Origin: Hydrolagus colliei
Taxonomy: Eukaryota
Reading direction: 5' to 3'
Assembly (NCBI GenBank): GCA_035084275.1
Contig: CM068751.1
Location: 4,774,001-4,838,000 of the forward strand
DNA: 64,000 bases
Part shown: positions 37,501-49,454 of the stretch, one piece after another
How the letters are laid out: the number at the start of each line of letters is the position of its first letter
How positions within the stretch are numbered: the stretch's first letter is position 1
Program-made: the position numbers and the translations under genes
The notes under the pieces: model-generated
Told to the model about the DNA's origin: nothing
What the model saw: only the letters and a program-made list of their open reading frames with translations
Databases searched by the model: none

Positions 37501-40500
37501 ATTCTCTGTAGACTCTCAAGTGAACTGGTGGTGGTCCTTTAATTACAAATGTTACTGCATGGTCTGGCATTTACACAGAGCTTGTGCATGCACACACTGA
37601 ATTCATTCCAATGGGATTTTCAATAACATTTAAAATCAGGAGGCAGAAGATGTCAAATAAAGCTGCGATGTGAACTCCCAGAGGAATTGAGCCCAACAAC
37701 AAAAAGAAAATGTGGCAGGCCGCAAGAGAGAGCCTTTAAAGTATATAATTAACTAACCAATTTCATTAGTTCTCTCCAGAGCAAAACCTGTTGCTTCAGG
37801 CTATTGAATGACTGATCTTTCCCATGTACCTGAGATGAAATAGATTTCTGATGCCTTAATGAATGTTCTACCTGTGTCACTGGAGTTTGATCAGTCGAGG
37901 GATCTACGGGGGGATGACTATTCAGTAGTGTTGGGAGCCAGGGCCTCCTGAAGAAGCCGTGCTTACACTCACTGCATCCTGTCTGTGTCTTTTAACCTTC
38001 CAAGCCTTTTAACTTTTCCTTCCCATCTGATCACATCACTGCTTGGATGTCCTTTGGGCAGGCTATTTTGGGCTGCTGCTCAAATAGTAGCTAAGACCTA
38101 TTTCTCAGTCAGCAGATTGATCAAGGTACCAAAACTACTATATGTGTTATACCCCTTGACCACCCACTTCCCTTCCCCAGATAATCTTGCCTGAGTGGCA
38201 GAGTGGAGGAGCTGATGTCCTCTTACTGAGTCAGTTACTGAATAAATTCACAGAGCATTAAGAGGAGCGAACCTAGAGCATGTTTATTCACTGTAAGCCA
38301 AACTCTGACTCAAAACTGTGGCCCCAGCATGATGCATCCATCTTCCAACAAGCTGTTACTTGGTAGTGTTAAACAATGACTTGTGAAGAAGGTTACCTCA
38401 GTGTTTTGACTACAGTTTAACCAATAGCTTTACTTCAAGGTCACTGCTCTTGATTGCCGCCCAGTATCCCTTGATGGAATGTTGATCTGTGCCTGTGCCA
38501 AGGTGGGATGATGGGGGAATGGAGCCAGCAGGATTTATTAGGCAGTATGAGGGAATAGAAGTATCAGAGGGCTAGAGTGTGAAATTGAGGGGTGGGAGTT
38601 TGGGATCAAGCAAACAGAGGGCAGATAAATGGATACTCTAAATTAAGATGTCTGCTTATAGGAAGAGGAGATGCTTAACAGTTTTTTTTAAAAAATCAAT
38701 AAATATTTTGAGGGTATAATATGAACCTCTGAGCTTTGACTCACTCCTCTTTACACCCATTACTGAAGCAATTATAGCAAAACAAGCTCTCCTTCAGCCG
38801 GCCAACAAAACAAGAGGTAATTTGATGCTGCTTTTAACGTGAGCGAGAAGGATTGTTGTTTGGGGGAAAAAAATCAATTGAATCCGTTGAACCAGGATAT
38901 TTGCATCTGCATGGGTGAGGTGGAGCAAGGAGGCCTAGATTACAGGAATATGAAGCATCAGTAACTCTCATCAGATGAAGCATCTGCAACCCTCCAGCTT
39001 TTTCCTTTTCTCTCTGATTTTAATCGTGGAAAGGCGCAAACTATTTCATGTGTTTTATTTTGGAACTCAGTCAAAACCAAGTCTTGGCAGATTATCCTCT
39101 AGAAACTCCTTGGCCTTTTGTACTGTGATTTTATCAATTTTTTTAATGTTGTTTTTATCTTCTACCCCTGTGGCCTTCTCTTGCTTTTATATTCCCTTCC
39201 TCCATTCCTCCCTCTCTTTCTCTCTCCTCTCTCTCGCCCCATTCCCCCTGTCTAAAAAGAAATTATGCAGAATCCCTTCAGGAATCTGCCTACTTCTCCT
39301 TGGCATGGCATAAAAACACTGCTCTTCGGTATGCCATTGTCACATTAGGTGATTCGCTGTGTTGGTGTGTGGGATGTTACTTTCTCACACACAATTTCCA
39401 GAATCTTTATAAACCACTTGAGTGGATCTCGGAGACCTCCCGGCTTTTCCAGTTTATGACTTGCAGGTGTCTTCAGTGTCTTAGCTCTAAGTACATTAAG
39501 AACATTGATCCTGACATTGGAATGCCCCAGATCTGCAATGTTTGTGAAAATTCCTCTCTGACTTTATCCCTGTAGTTAGACAACAAGACGGGTGATGTAT
39601 TATTACACCGCATTCCATATAAGATTAACATTCTGTGAAGGCCTGACTCAGAGGGTTAAGAGAGGACTGACTCTTTTCACCTCAAGGACCAAGGGTTTAT
39701 CTTCAGTCTGTCCGATGGAATTCTCCTCTTGTCTTTGCTTGCAACACAGCTTCTGAAAATGTACCACCCAAGGATGTGAGAGTCCACAGTCCAAATGAAA
39801 AGTTGCTGAAAATTTTGAAGTCTTTCTGTTGGATCGAAGGATTCTGACATGAGACCTCCGGGGTACTACACCTCCTCTAGTTGAAATATTGAGACTGTTC
39901 GTAATCTCCAGGATCACTGCGATGCACATTCTATTGGCGGCCTTTAATTTTGAAGATGAGAGTCACTGGTCATTCATTTCATGTGCTCCATTTTATGGCT
40001 ATATCATCAAAGTTGTGTTAATACAGGACTTCCTGCACTGAGTTGATGTGAAAGCCCTGTTATTCTCACCTAGCTGTTATTTGAACTTACTGGTGCCATT
40101 GTTGCACAGCGCTTGTGTATTTTGTTTTGCCTTTGGCAATGATGTTGAGTTTTCAAATTGAGTCTTTTCCGATGCTACCCAAGTCTGAGGCCACCAGTCA
40201 ACAGAAGGACACAAATACAAAGGGCCCTGTGTTAATTGAATTCTTGCAGTCATGTGGGGATTAGTGCTGCTGTTCATGGTGGATCTTATTCATTGTCACT
40301 GTGATGTAAGGGAAATGGGGTCGTATTGCTGTCTCTGGAGACATTGAGACACACCTAAAGAGATTCATTCGTGACAGTTTCAAAGGAAGGAGCACCAGTG
40401 CCAGAAGGATAAACACTACACAGTGAAATGTTGGAGGTTGATTTATTTGGTTTATTTTTGAGTTGTCCAACAGTATGGGATTTCCAACAGTTGGCCTGAA

Positions 40501-40650
40501 TTAATTCTCCATTTGTCAAGGGAAGCCAAGATAATAACATTTTGAACATAACCATATAATTATACTGGTTTTGTTGCCTTGTGGTGTGAATGGGATGACT
40601 TTTGTAGTATAGGAAGCTCCAGGTTATATGGAATAGCTTTTACTTTAACA

Positions 40651-40712
40651 TAACAACAACAACAAAATTACATTTATATCATGCCTTTCAGATTGAGACA
40701 ACATCCCAAGCA
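40651..40712 (-). mobile_element. L2 tail-only insertion
   Basis: (aac)n aaaattacatttatatcatgcctttca...acatcccaag. Confidence 0.7.
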
Positions 40713-41072
40713 TCAATATAGCAGCAGATGAAACACACTGGTGACACTATATTGGCTTGGCTCAGGTTATACTGTGTGATGCACTTTCAAAAGAATCTTC
40801 ATTTCTTCGTAGGAGGGGTGGATAATTACCTTTTGCAATTTAGGACATGTAAAACTAAACTGAAATCTAGCATTCCACATTAATCATCATGATTGAGGTG
40901 ATTGTGTGCATCGGTCTGCCTTTGTGCAGTTACCTTGTGAACTTTTCTCAGCACCCTTTGGTAATAATCTATCGTAAGCAGGCTTTCAGACCTTTTGTGT
41001 CAATATATCTTCTTAAATATGATCGTGTGCAAAGAGCTATGAAAGCAGAACGTGTCCTGTTACCTTCTATTT

Positions 41073-41240
41073 AGTGGCTTTGGCTCAGTTGGTAGTACTC
41101 TTGCCTCTGACTCTTAATGGTTGTGGGATTGAACCCCATGCTAGTACTTCAAGCTTATAGTCTAGGCTTGGACTCCAGTGCAGTGCTGGAGGAGCATTGC
41201 ATTGTCAGAGGTAGTGTTGTGGTGGGAAGTCAAACTGGGT
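41073..41240 (+). mobile_element. DeuSINE (SacSINE1-like) 5' part: tRNA head and start of Deu domain
   Basis: A-box-like tggctcagttggtag and B-box-like gggattgaacccc, then tctaggcttggactccagtgcagtgctggaggagcattgcattgtcagaggt. Confidence 0.7.
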
Positions 41241-41817
41241 AAATTTACAATGTGGAGGTTTGCAGGAATCTGATTTTAGAAAGGGTGGTAAGTGAAGTTT
41301 GGAGATTAAAACTGGGAGTGAATGGATTGTCAAGAGTCTCTGATTATGATGTATGGTGTGGCTTTGTGCAATCCCAGGTGGTGTTTTGCTTATTAAGCCC
41401 TGTTGCAGTTTGTTTAAGTTGCTTTGCAAAGTTTCCTTTCCATTATTTTGAGTAAATCCCAAGTTCTGCTCGAACTCGCTGAATCTTGGCAGGCAGCAGT
41501 GGAAAGGATTGCATGTCCAAGCATATCCAAATTCCATATTCAGGGCCAGTGACTTACATTGTGCACACAGAGGAATGCCTGAACTACACAGAACCTTGAG
41601 GAAACACAGAAGTACTTGCTTTTCACTTTGAGAAAGCTACTTTAATTTTGGAATAACAATATTTTAAATTTTTATGTGACAAATGAGCGTGTGGGTGATT
41701 CACTTTCCATTGCACAGGTTCTGAATTCGGGACAGAGTTAACAATGCACTTGTGTCGAGTATTTTCCTTCAGTTATGTGTACACACACTTATGCACATAA
41801 TGCACACATTAATCATA

Positions 41818-42035
41818 GAGTTTGCATTTGATATAGTATTCTTCATGTCATCACGACATTTTGAAGCACTTTACAATACTGTAAGGTGTAGTTACTGTGA
41901 CAGCTAATTTGTGCACCTCGATTTAAAGTTTAATCTGAAGGAGATCACCTCCAACAAGACAACATGCAATGTCAGCCTAGACTTGTGAGTTGAAAATACT
42001 CACATGGGACTTTAAACCCCTGGCTTCTGACCCCA
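41818..42035 (-). mobile_element. DeuSINE-like copy with internal deletions
   Basis: Tail ttgcatttgatatag, 'cagctaatttgtgcac', 'cacctccaaca', 'tgtcagcctaga', and head remnant 'gggactttaaaccc...cttctgac'; the last four are the reverse complement of motifs at 41100-41210 or 48220. Confidence 0.6.
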
Positions 42036-42076
42036 AATGATTTCAGTTCAATTCAGTATGGCTGTGTTCTTGCATT

Positions 42077-42140
42077 TCAGTGCCTTGGGACATCCTCCTG
42101 ATGTGAAAGGCGCTATACAAGTGTGATTTTGTTGTTGTTA
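42077..42140 (+). mobile_element. L2 tail-only insertion
   Basis: tcagtgccttgggacatcctcctgatgtgaaaggcgctatacaagtgtgattttgttgttgtt. Confidence 0.88.
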
Positions 42141-42851
42141 TTTCTTCATTAAAACTAAGACTGTTAAAATTGACTCATCGCTTTCCTGTGTTTCTTTGAG
42201 GGGGTGTACAGTGTGCATAGTACACAACTCGTTGCAACTTGCAGAATACTTTACTTCGAAGAAGGGAAGGTTGGGTAGAGTGTTATTGTATTCCGCTCTA
42301 GGCAGAGGTGGGGTAATGAATGCTAGGTTTGGCCCTTGGATCTTATCTGATCTCTGTAATTGGTGCAGAATAGAAGCCGTGTGGGATCTTGCTGCATTGA
42401 AACTGGCTTGAAGGCTCCAAACCCTTGTACCTCAGCTTTAATGCTTCTTGTTACGTTTGCAATGTTGAATGGCTATTGGTAGCAGTCGCCCACTGCAGAT
42501 TATTCTGTAAATTGAGGAGGCCTCTGAACAAACCTGAAGGAATATTGATGGTTCTTGTGATTTGCTTTGGAAATGAGACCGAAAACCTTCAGGGCTCAAG
42601 GGGAAAGTTTTAAGAATTGTGAATGAATTTTGGGAGAGCTGCCATTTTATTTGTTTTTTTTAGGGAGAGTAGTTGGTATCTTCCATTTAAGATTGAAGCT
42701 AAATCACTCCAGTTGCCAGGATTTTTGCACACTTCTTTGGTCAACTCCTTCATACTCTCTTCTTTCTCCCTCATTTACACTGTTTGGGTATTTATTCCAC
42801 ATCTGTAAAGCATTTTGAAACATTTTCCTAAGTGCAAGTTCTTGTTGACAC

Positions 42852-43020
42852 TTTCTCCTTTTCTTCCTCTCATCAGATATTGATTCTTTGCTGACTACCT
42901 AAACTCTGATACCAGCCTCCCTCTGGTACTTAACCCAAGTCATTATTCTTTATGTGTGCTACTAGACAGTGAGTGGGAGAAGGCTATTTCTCCATGGGAA
43001 CCATCCCAGCAGAACCCAGT
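42852..43020 (-). mobile_element. AmnSINE2-like SINE 3' half
   Basis: ccctctggtacttaacccaagtcattattctttatgtgtgctactagacagtgagtgggagaaggctattt resembles the reverse complement of the recalled AmnSINE2 3' region. Confidence 0.6.
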
Positions 43021-43274
43021 TTTGTCTGTCTGTGCATCTTCCAAAGTTATCACTGGATAGCAGTCGAGAGCAGGAATCAATGCTTGAATTTTCTCTTGCT
43101 TTAAAGAGTTATTGAGCTCAACCATGCGAGACAGTGAGTGACTCCACCAATGATATGACCATTTATCCAGAGCCGCTTCAGTGAGCACTGCTGTGGGTGA
43201 TACAGTTGTGAAGATAGTGGATGTGGCTTTAACCTCCATCAAGGTGGCAGGACAAGGTTGGGGGGGAGTGTGGG

Positions 43275-43490
43275 GGGAGACAGGTTCAGAGCAGTAAAGG
43301 ACAAGTTTAGTTCAAATATTGAGGGAGCACTGCTTTATATAGAGGATTGTCAATGTCTGGAATTTGGTTGAGAAAGTTGAGGACGCGATGAGTAGCTGCA
43401 ATGAGAAAACAGTAACTTTTGCTGCTCTGGAAAATGAGATCAAATGAATCAAAGATTCTTCACCCAAACCTCTCATGTGGTCTTATGATA
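43275..43490 (+). mobile_element. Highly diverged CR1 3' remnant
   Basis: aaaggacaagtttagttcaaatatt...agaggattgtcaatgtctggaat (R-I-V-N-V-W-N motif) and a tcttatga-type end. Confidence 0.5.
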
Positions 43491-44682
43491 TATGTAGGTT
43501 TCAGGAGGAGAAAGAGTAGACGTGCATTTTTTGTCTCTGGTTCCTGTCTCTGACAGTGCTCCTCCTCCACTGCTATTCCAGTGAATCTGCAGGTCTTCTA
43601 AAGATGGGACCAGCGGTTTTAGGATTCTGCTAACATTCACTGTTGAAATGTGCTGTTTGTATACGGAACTTTACCTTCATATGGAAAATAAGAATAAAAG
43701 TAAATTGAATGGCAGAACTTGTTCAAGCTGGGGATTGACCGCCTCCTCAGCTCACTCAGCAAAGCCCATTATGTGTACTTTGTTTAAACCCATGGAAAAA
43801 TCATGTCTATTCCGGATTATATTAATGAGACTTCAAATAAAGTGTGTTGTACATTACTCCCCAGGAGCATTGGGAAGGATATAAGCTGTGATCTTTCCAG
43901 TTAAAGTTGATGTACAGTGCAATCGTCTGCAAAGGTTTTTTTTTCCCCATAGTGTCTAATTAAGTGAGGAAAAATAATATTTTGAAGGCTCGATTTTGAT
44001 GAGTTGTTTGAGTTTCAGTCAAGCTGAGGTGTAACCTACAAATATCCTTTGCTCTGGGGAACCTGCGGAGCGCAATGCACTTATTGAAAATTGAGGCATG
44101 TACCTTCCTGTCGTAACCCACCTCACCGGGGAGTGAACCACCCACAAGGTTTCATCAAACAAATCTGATAGATAGCACAAATCGAGCTGGCTGACTGACA
44201 CCCGGGTCCGTGCAGAGCTACAGGAAATGAAACAGCATTGAGTATTAAAATATTTTGTAGAGGAATTATCAGTGAAATGTGTTTTAATTAACAACGAGTT
44301 AACACAGATAATAAAGAGGCAGATGGTGCAGCTTAAGGTTTTAACCTCTGTTGAAGAATATACAGTACTAATCCTCCGTATCTGCAGGACCACTTCTGGA
44401 TTGTGTCTGGCGAGACTGTCTGGACAGTGGCAACACCCAAAGTGCTTCTGTATGTGCGCTCTATGATAGACGCTTTCTACATGTGGTGGGGACCATATAG
44501 TTATAAAACTTTTGGCTTGTATTTTTTTTAAAACGTTGGCCTTTTGGAACAAGTTGCTGAACGGTGTGTGATGGTGATTTCCAATACCAGGGCTTTGGCT
44601 TAGTATCTTTCCACCCTGCCCTGCTTGCCATTTTGGCTGTGGATATGCCCTAGGCAGCTTTCACCTCTCTAATCGTATTCCA

Positions 44683-44747
44683 ACAAAAACAACAAAATTA
44701 CACTTGTATTCTGCCTTTCACATCAGGAGGACATCCCAAGGCACTGA
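44683..44747 (-). mobile_element. L2-type 3' tail, inverted relative to the adjoining SINE body
   Basis: acaaaaacaacaaaattacacttgtattctgcctttcacatcaggaggacatcccaaggcactga. Confidence 0.88.
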
Positions 44748-44994
44748 AGTCCTGTAGCCCAGTGGAGTTCTGCAGGTCAGTGGTTAGAGCATCTGCCTTA
44801 CAAGTGTGAAACCTGTGTTCAAATCCAGGCAGAGTGAAACCTTGAGAAAGTTTCCTTACTCCACATGCCTGATAATAATCCCTCAAAAGAAACAATAATA
44901 AATTGATCATTTCTATCCACAACTGTTTGCGGGACATTGATGTGTGCATTTGGCTGCCGCGTTTCGCCCACAGTCAATTCACTTCACACTATTC
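44748..44994 (+). mobile_element. tRNA-derived SINE body from the head to just before the tail
   Basis: agtcctgtagcccagtgg...tcagtggttagagc (A box) and gtgttcaaatcc (B box). Colinear with 48040-48280. Stops at cactattc, where the tail normally begins. Confidence 0.9.
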
Positions 44995-47034
44995 CAGTAG
45001 AATGAGAAAGGGAGTTCAATATCTTTGGGAAAGGAAATGATGTGTGGGTGAGGTGGAAACGACTTGTTCCTGACAGGATTTCAAAATATTTGTCGGAAAG
45101 TATATTTGTGGTAGAAACTAGCCTGGACAAGATGGGTAATGTGATAATTGATTTCAGAGTGGAATTGTTGCTGTGTGTTCATCCAAGTAAACCTGTAACC
45201 ATTACTTCAGGAATGCAGCTGTTCACAGATGTTTCACTCTTTCGTTATTTGTTACTGTACGAAGGAAGCACAGCTGCTTTTCATCTCCATTGAGTCTGCT
45301 TTCTTCCAGCAAGTGCTTGCACCTCGGCCTCTGGGCCACTGAACCTGACAGAAAGGATTGAATTCAACCACCCCAAAATAAAAAAAAACACTTTATCTTC
45401 CTGGAGGGAGAGAAAAGGTGTCTTGGCATCAGCAAAACTGTTGGGGAAAAAAAGTCAAACTCATATTAAATAAAGAGTCTCTCCCAGTGCCTCCAATGGT
45501 GAAGTTATCAGCTTTGTTACAGAAGTTACTGATATGTTGGCGAGTGAGCTGATCTTACCAGGACAACAGGAAAGTGTTACAACTGCCCTCAGCACCTTTC
45601 ATCTCAGAAAGTGACAATCACACCACCAGTCTGTGTCTTTACCAACTGAGCCATCAGATGAGTTCATCAACATGTTTGTAATGCAAGCAGTTCCCCCCTT
45701 TGAGGTGCTTTTTGTTTACTAGCCTGTGTTTTGCAATGATTTTTTTTCATTTAACCACTAATTGCTGGTGACCTCATCTGGGAACTGGCTTAGAGGAGTT
45801 AATGAGCCCAATCGCGTGAGAGCTGTATTAAAGGGGAATTGGCTTCATGAAAACGCATTTGTCAGGCTTATTTTGTTTTTTTATATTGTAAATAAATTTC
45901 CAAAGCACAATTATCCTCTTAAGACATCATTGGATCAATTCACACGGCTTCATGATGTTACAGATGGTAAATTGAATGCTCTTTTACTGGCCTCAAATGG
46001 GGGAAAATATCTTGGCAACCAATCACAGTTTGCATTCATAAAGCGCCTTTCAAATCAGGAGGATGTCACAAGGTGTCACATGCAGGTGGAGAGGTGGGAG
46101 GTCATCACTGTTAAACCCATTTGGAAAAGGGAACAGAAATTCTGCAAATGGCAGTGAACTGAAGCTTAATCTTTAAAAGAGAAAAAAATGCAGAAGTTGG
46201 GAATCTGATGTAAGAAAAAATTCCCCAGAAAATCCTGGAAATATACATTGTGTCATAGAGTATCTTAAAGAGAAAGTTGGTTTAACTTGTAGGGTGTGAC
46301 ACTTCAGCAGAATTGAGTTTGGTGGGAGCACTCGAAGTGTACTACTCAGAGGAACCATCATCCTTATTGTCCTCGTTTCATTTACAGTCATTCATGTAAC
46401 CTTGAATCACTGATGTGCAGAGCAAAGACATCCTATTAGGAACCACTGTGCACACCGGTGGAATCAAAATGTGATTGCCTTAGATTTTAATGCAGCCATT
46501 GTTCTGCTTAGTACCTCCAGATAAATGCCTTCTTACAGGAACCTCTCACTTTGAGGAATGCAGCTGATCCGTAATGCTCACTGTTGGCAAAGTCGGCTTT
46601 CAAGGTACTCTTGAGAACAGCATTTTACTTCCTGTTGGTTGCTTTTTCTTTTTTTAAAAAGAAAGGAAAGGCCCATGTTGTGGGAATATTATTGCTCATT
46701 AAACTGGCTTAGCTTGCATTGAGTATCACCTCCCCCCCACCCCCAACACACACACACTTATACATATGCCATCTGGTGTTAATTTCAATGACAGTCATAG
46801 ACTCTCTGATGGCCTCTACAATTAATAGGCAAATCTGTTGCCCTGTTGATGTTTTTAGCTACCTCAGACCTGGTTCAAATGAAAGTAGATTGTAACTGCT
46901 GGTGCTTGGAAATTCTGCCAAGCCCGTACTAATGCAAGCGACGGTTAATGGTTAATAATGGGGCTATGTTGGTTCCCGGCTGGACAAGTACTATCCGTTA
47001 AAACATACTAGTTAGTTGTCCAAGGTCTCTCCCA

Positions 47035-47130
47035 TGAGCTCCATCCTTGGCATGCTTCATTAGTTCTAAGGTAGGTGTTGCCCTGGTCTTCAAATCTTGT
47101 CAGGGTCTGGCCCCAGTGTACCCGTCTCTT
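47035..47130 (+). mobile_element. Old L2 ORF2 remnant
   Basis: atccttggcatgcttcattag (ILGMLH*) and ctggtcttcaaatcttgtcagggtctggccccagtgtac (LVFKSCQGLAPVY), homologous to LTFKALCNLAPSY at about 17078. Confidence 0.55.
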
Positions 47131-47676
47131 CTTGCCCAGTGGAAACTCATCACATTAGCCTGAGACCTGTCTAGTGGTTATGGTTCTGTGCCATATTGTG
47201 CAGATCAGGCGAGTATTAAACTTAACTTGAACTGCAAGGGAAAATGCGGCACTTGGATTCAGAATTCTGAAGCTTTAGAATGATGGGCATAACGGCTTCA
47301 AATAAGTTTTGATTCACTGCAGGAAAGTAAAGTAGTTCAGATGTTAGGAATAAATGTGCTGATGTTAAAGACTTCAGTGCATCTCAAGTGCTTTCTGAGC
47401 GTGTTGAGTCTAGAGTCAGCAGACCCTTTCCTTCGCTGCAAGGAGCCAGATCTGAATAGCATAGGTTTTTGATTTGTGCTGCTTGTAGAGACCATTGAGT
47501 TTGGCAAAAGAAAATAAAAGCCCGAAAATACTGACGCAGGAACATATTTGTCATTCAATAAATAAATAAATAGCTAAAACTAACAGTGCATTTAGAATTA
47601 ATAAAGCAATGCTCTCTCGATAGCTTTGTCTTCAAAATTACATTGCATGAGTTTATAGGGACCATAATACAGTATA

Positions 47677-47791
47677 AAGGGTGACCAAAAGTCATGATAC
47701 CATAACAATGTCTAATAAGTCTGAAAATAAATGATTTTTTGTGAATAATAAAGTACAGCTAGTTGAAAAATAAGACTTCTTGGTCACTTCG
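47677..47791. mobile_element. Small mariner-like MITE (115 bp)
   Basis: TA|aagggtgaccaaaagtc ... gacttcttggtcacttcg|TA: imperfect TIRs with TA flanks. Confidence 0.65.
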
Positions 47792-47896
47792 TATATTTCT
47801 CTACAGATGCCATCTCAGTGGTGGTGGACTTGGAATTGCTCTAGATTTTCTGTAGGAGGGGGAATAACATCGCTGAAACTCCCTGCACTTTGGGGG

Positions 47897-47959
47897 TAAT
47901 GAGAGCCATAATGGAGTAAACAGAATGTGTTCTGTTTACTCCATTAAAAGCTGCCATTA
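47897..47959. repeat. Hairpin with a perfect 17-bp stem
   Basis: taatggagtaaacagaa-tgtg-ttctgtttactccatta (47909-47946), extended imperfectly by taatgagagc/gctgccatta. Confidence 0.9.
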
Positions 47960-48039
47960 TTTTGTATTCCTTTTATTTTATATGCAGTAGTCAGGGCGCA
48001 AACCGCTGGTCAATTTCTGATTGTTTCCATTCCATTGTG

Positions 48040-48347
48040 GAGTCCTGTAGCTCAGTTAGAGCACTTGCCTTGCAAGAAAGAAAGATCTGGGTTCAATTCC
48101 AGGCAAGGTGAAACCTTGGGCAAATTTCCTCGCTCCACATGCCTGAGAATTATCCCTCAACAAAAAAGAATAATGAATTAGTCAGCTCAATCCAAGATTG
48201 TTTGTGGGATACTGCTGTGTAGCAATTGGCTGCTGCATTTGGCCCACAAAATATACAGTCAATTCACTTTATAGTATACTCTTGTATTTTGAGACATCTA
48301 GAAGATGTGAAAAGTGCTATATCAAATGCAAGGATTATTACTATCAT
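48040..48347 (+). mobile_element. Full-length tRNA-derived SINE with L2-type tail
   Basis: A box tagctcagttag and B box ggttcaattcc (48090-48100). The body ttgtttgtgggatactgctgtg..aattggctgc is DeuSINE-like. Tail stem-loop and (att)n end. Many partial copies in the window. Confidence 0.92.
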
Positions 48348-49284
48348 AACTGGCCTGAAATATGTGGTAGAACTGCAAATGGATAAGATTAAAGAGATCG
48401 GGGAGAGGGGAAGGAAGAGACTTGCTAACAGCTGTTCGATTGGCATGTAAGAGTCATGACAACAATGTTGAAGAGTAAGGATAGCGAACCGTGAAATATT
48501 TCCTCCCTCCACTCTCCATTGCTACACACCAAGCCTTTCCATAGGACCTCTTCCCTGGCCAAATTGGTTAATTCAGTACCACTTAAGTGCCTTGCTGGCC
48601 AGCTCAATGCTAAACCAATGGTGTGGTTACAGATTCACCACTTAGGAGGTGTTCTTAAACAAATATTGTTTAGATAAATGGAAATGTGCTGCTGAAAAAT
48701 TAAGTGAGGGACCCACATACAATATTTTGTTCCAAGTCATTTAGATACCATCTTGCCTGAAACCTGCTTATCTTTCTGAAAGCTACTGAACCGTGCCTTT
48801 GGATTAAATTTTGTTTTGATTGAAATAGCGATGGAATGTTTGAAATGTTTTTCCTGTGTTTGGGAATACTTAATTGATTTTCACAGTATCACCTCTTCTT
48901 ATCTCTCGGAGATGAACCCAATTCACTGAAAGAACAGCCTGTTGCACAACATCCACTATCGCAACATCATGTCACCCATTCAGAGAGCTTTCCATTTCAA
49001 AAAGGCAAACATCTGTGTGTGTGTGTGTGCATAAAAAGAAGTAGTCATGACAGCAGCATCCAGTAATGTAGAGCACTCCTGTTATAATACGCTTTGTATT
49101 GCATGCAGTATTTATGAAATGGAATGTGGAACCATTTGCTTCCCATGCACCAGCTGGCTCCCACAGTTACAAATTAACGACATTAAGGTTATTTGATCAC
49201 TGCTGATGCCATTTCTTGGAATGTGCATCACAGGAATTATAATACTTATTATTATTATATAGGCAGGGACCTGTAGTCATACAT

Positions 49285-49410
49285 TTTGTCTTTGTGCTGT
49301 ACAATTTTATCGCCCACAAAGCAGTTATTACGTTTTACAGTATATACTCTGAGATGTCCTCACAACATGAAAGATGCAATAACCAGTGTAGGAATTATGA
49401 TTATTAATAA
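49285..49410 (+). mobile_element. Diverged SINE tail
   Basis: cgcccacaaa...ttttacagtatatactctgagatgtcc...catgaaagatgcaat...attatgattatta. Confidence 0.6.
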
Positions 49411-49454
49411 ATTAAGAACTTGACACAAGAAACATATAGCTCAACATACAATTC

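Noticed and set aside
44019-44552. 177-aa minus-strand ORF
   Set aside because: No recognisable domain and no convincing splice context; consistent with a chance ORF.
48040-48110. tRNA-like sequence with A and B boxes
   Set aside because: It is the head of a SINE, continuing into the SINE body and tail; no intact cloverleaf.
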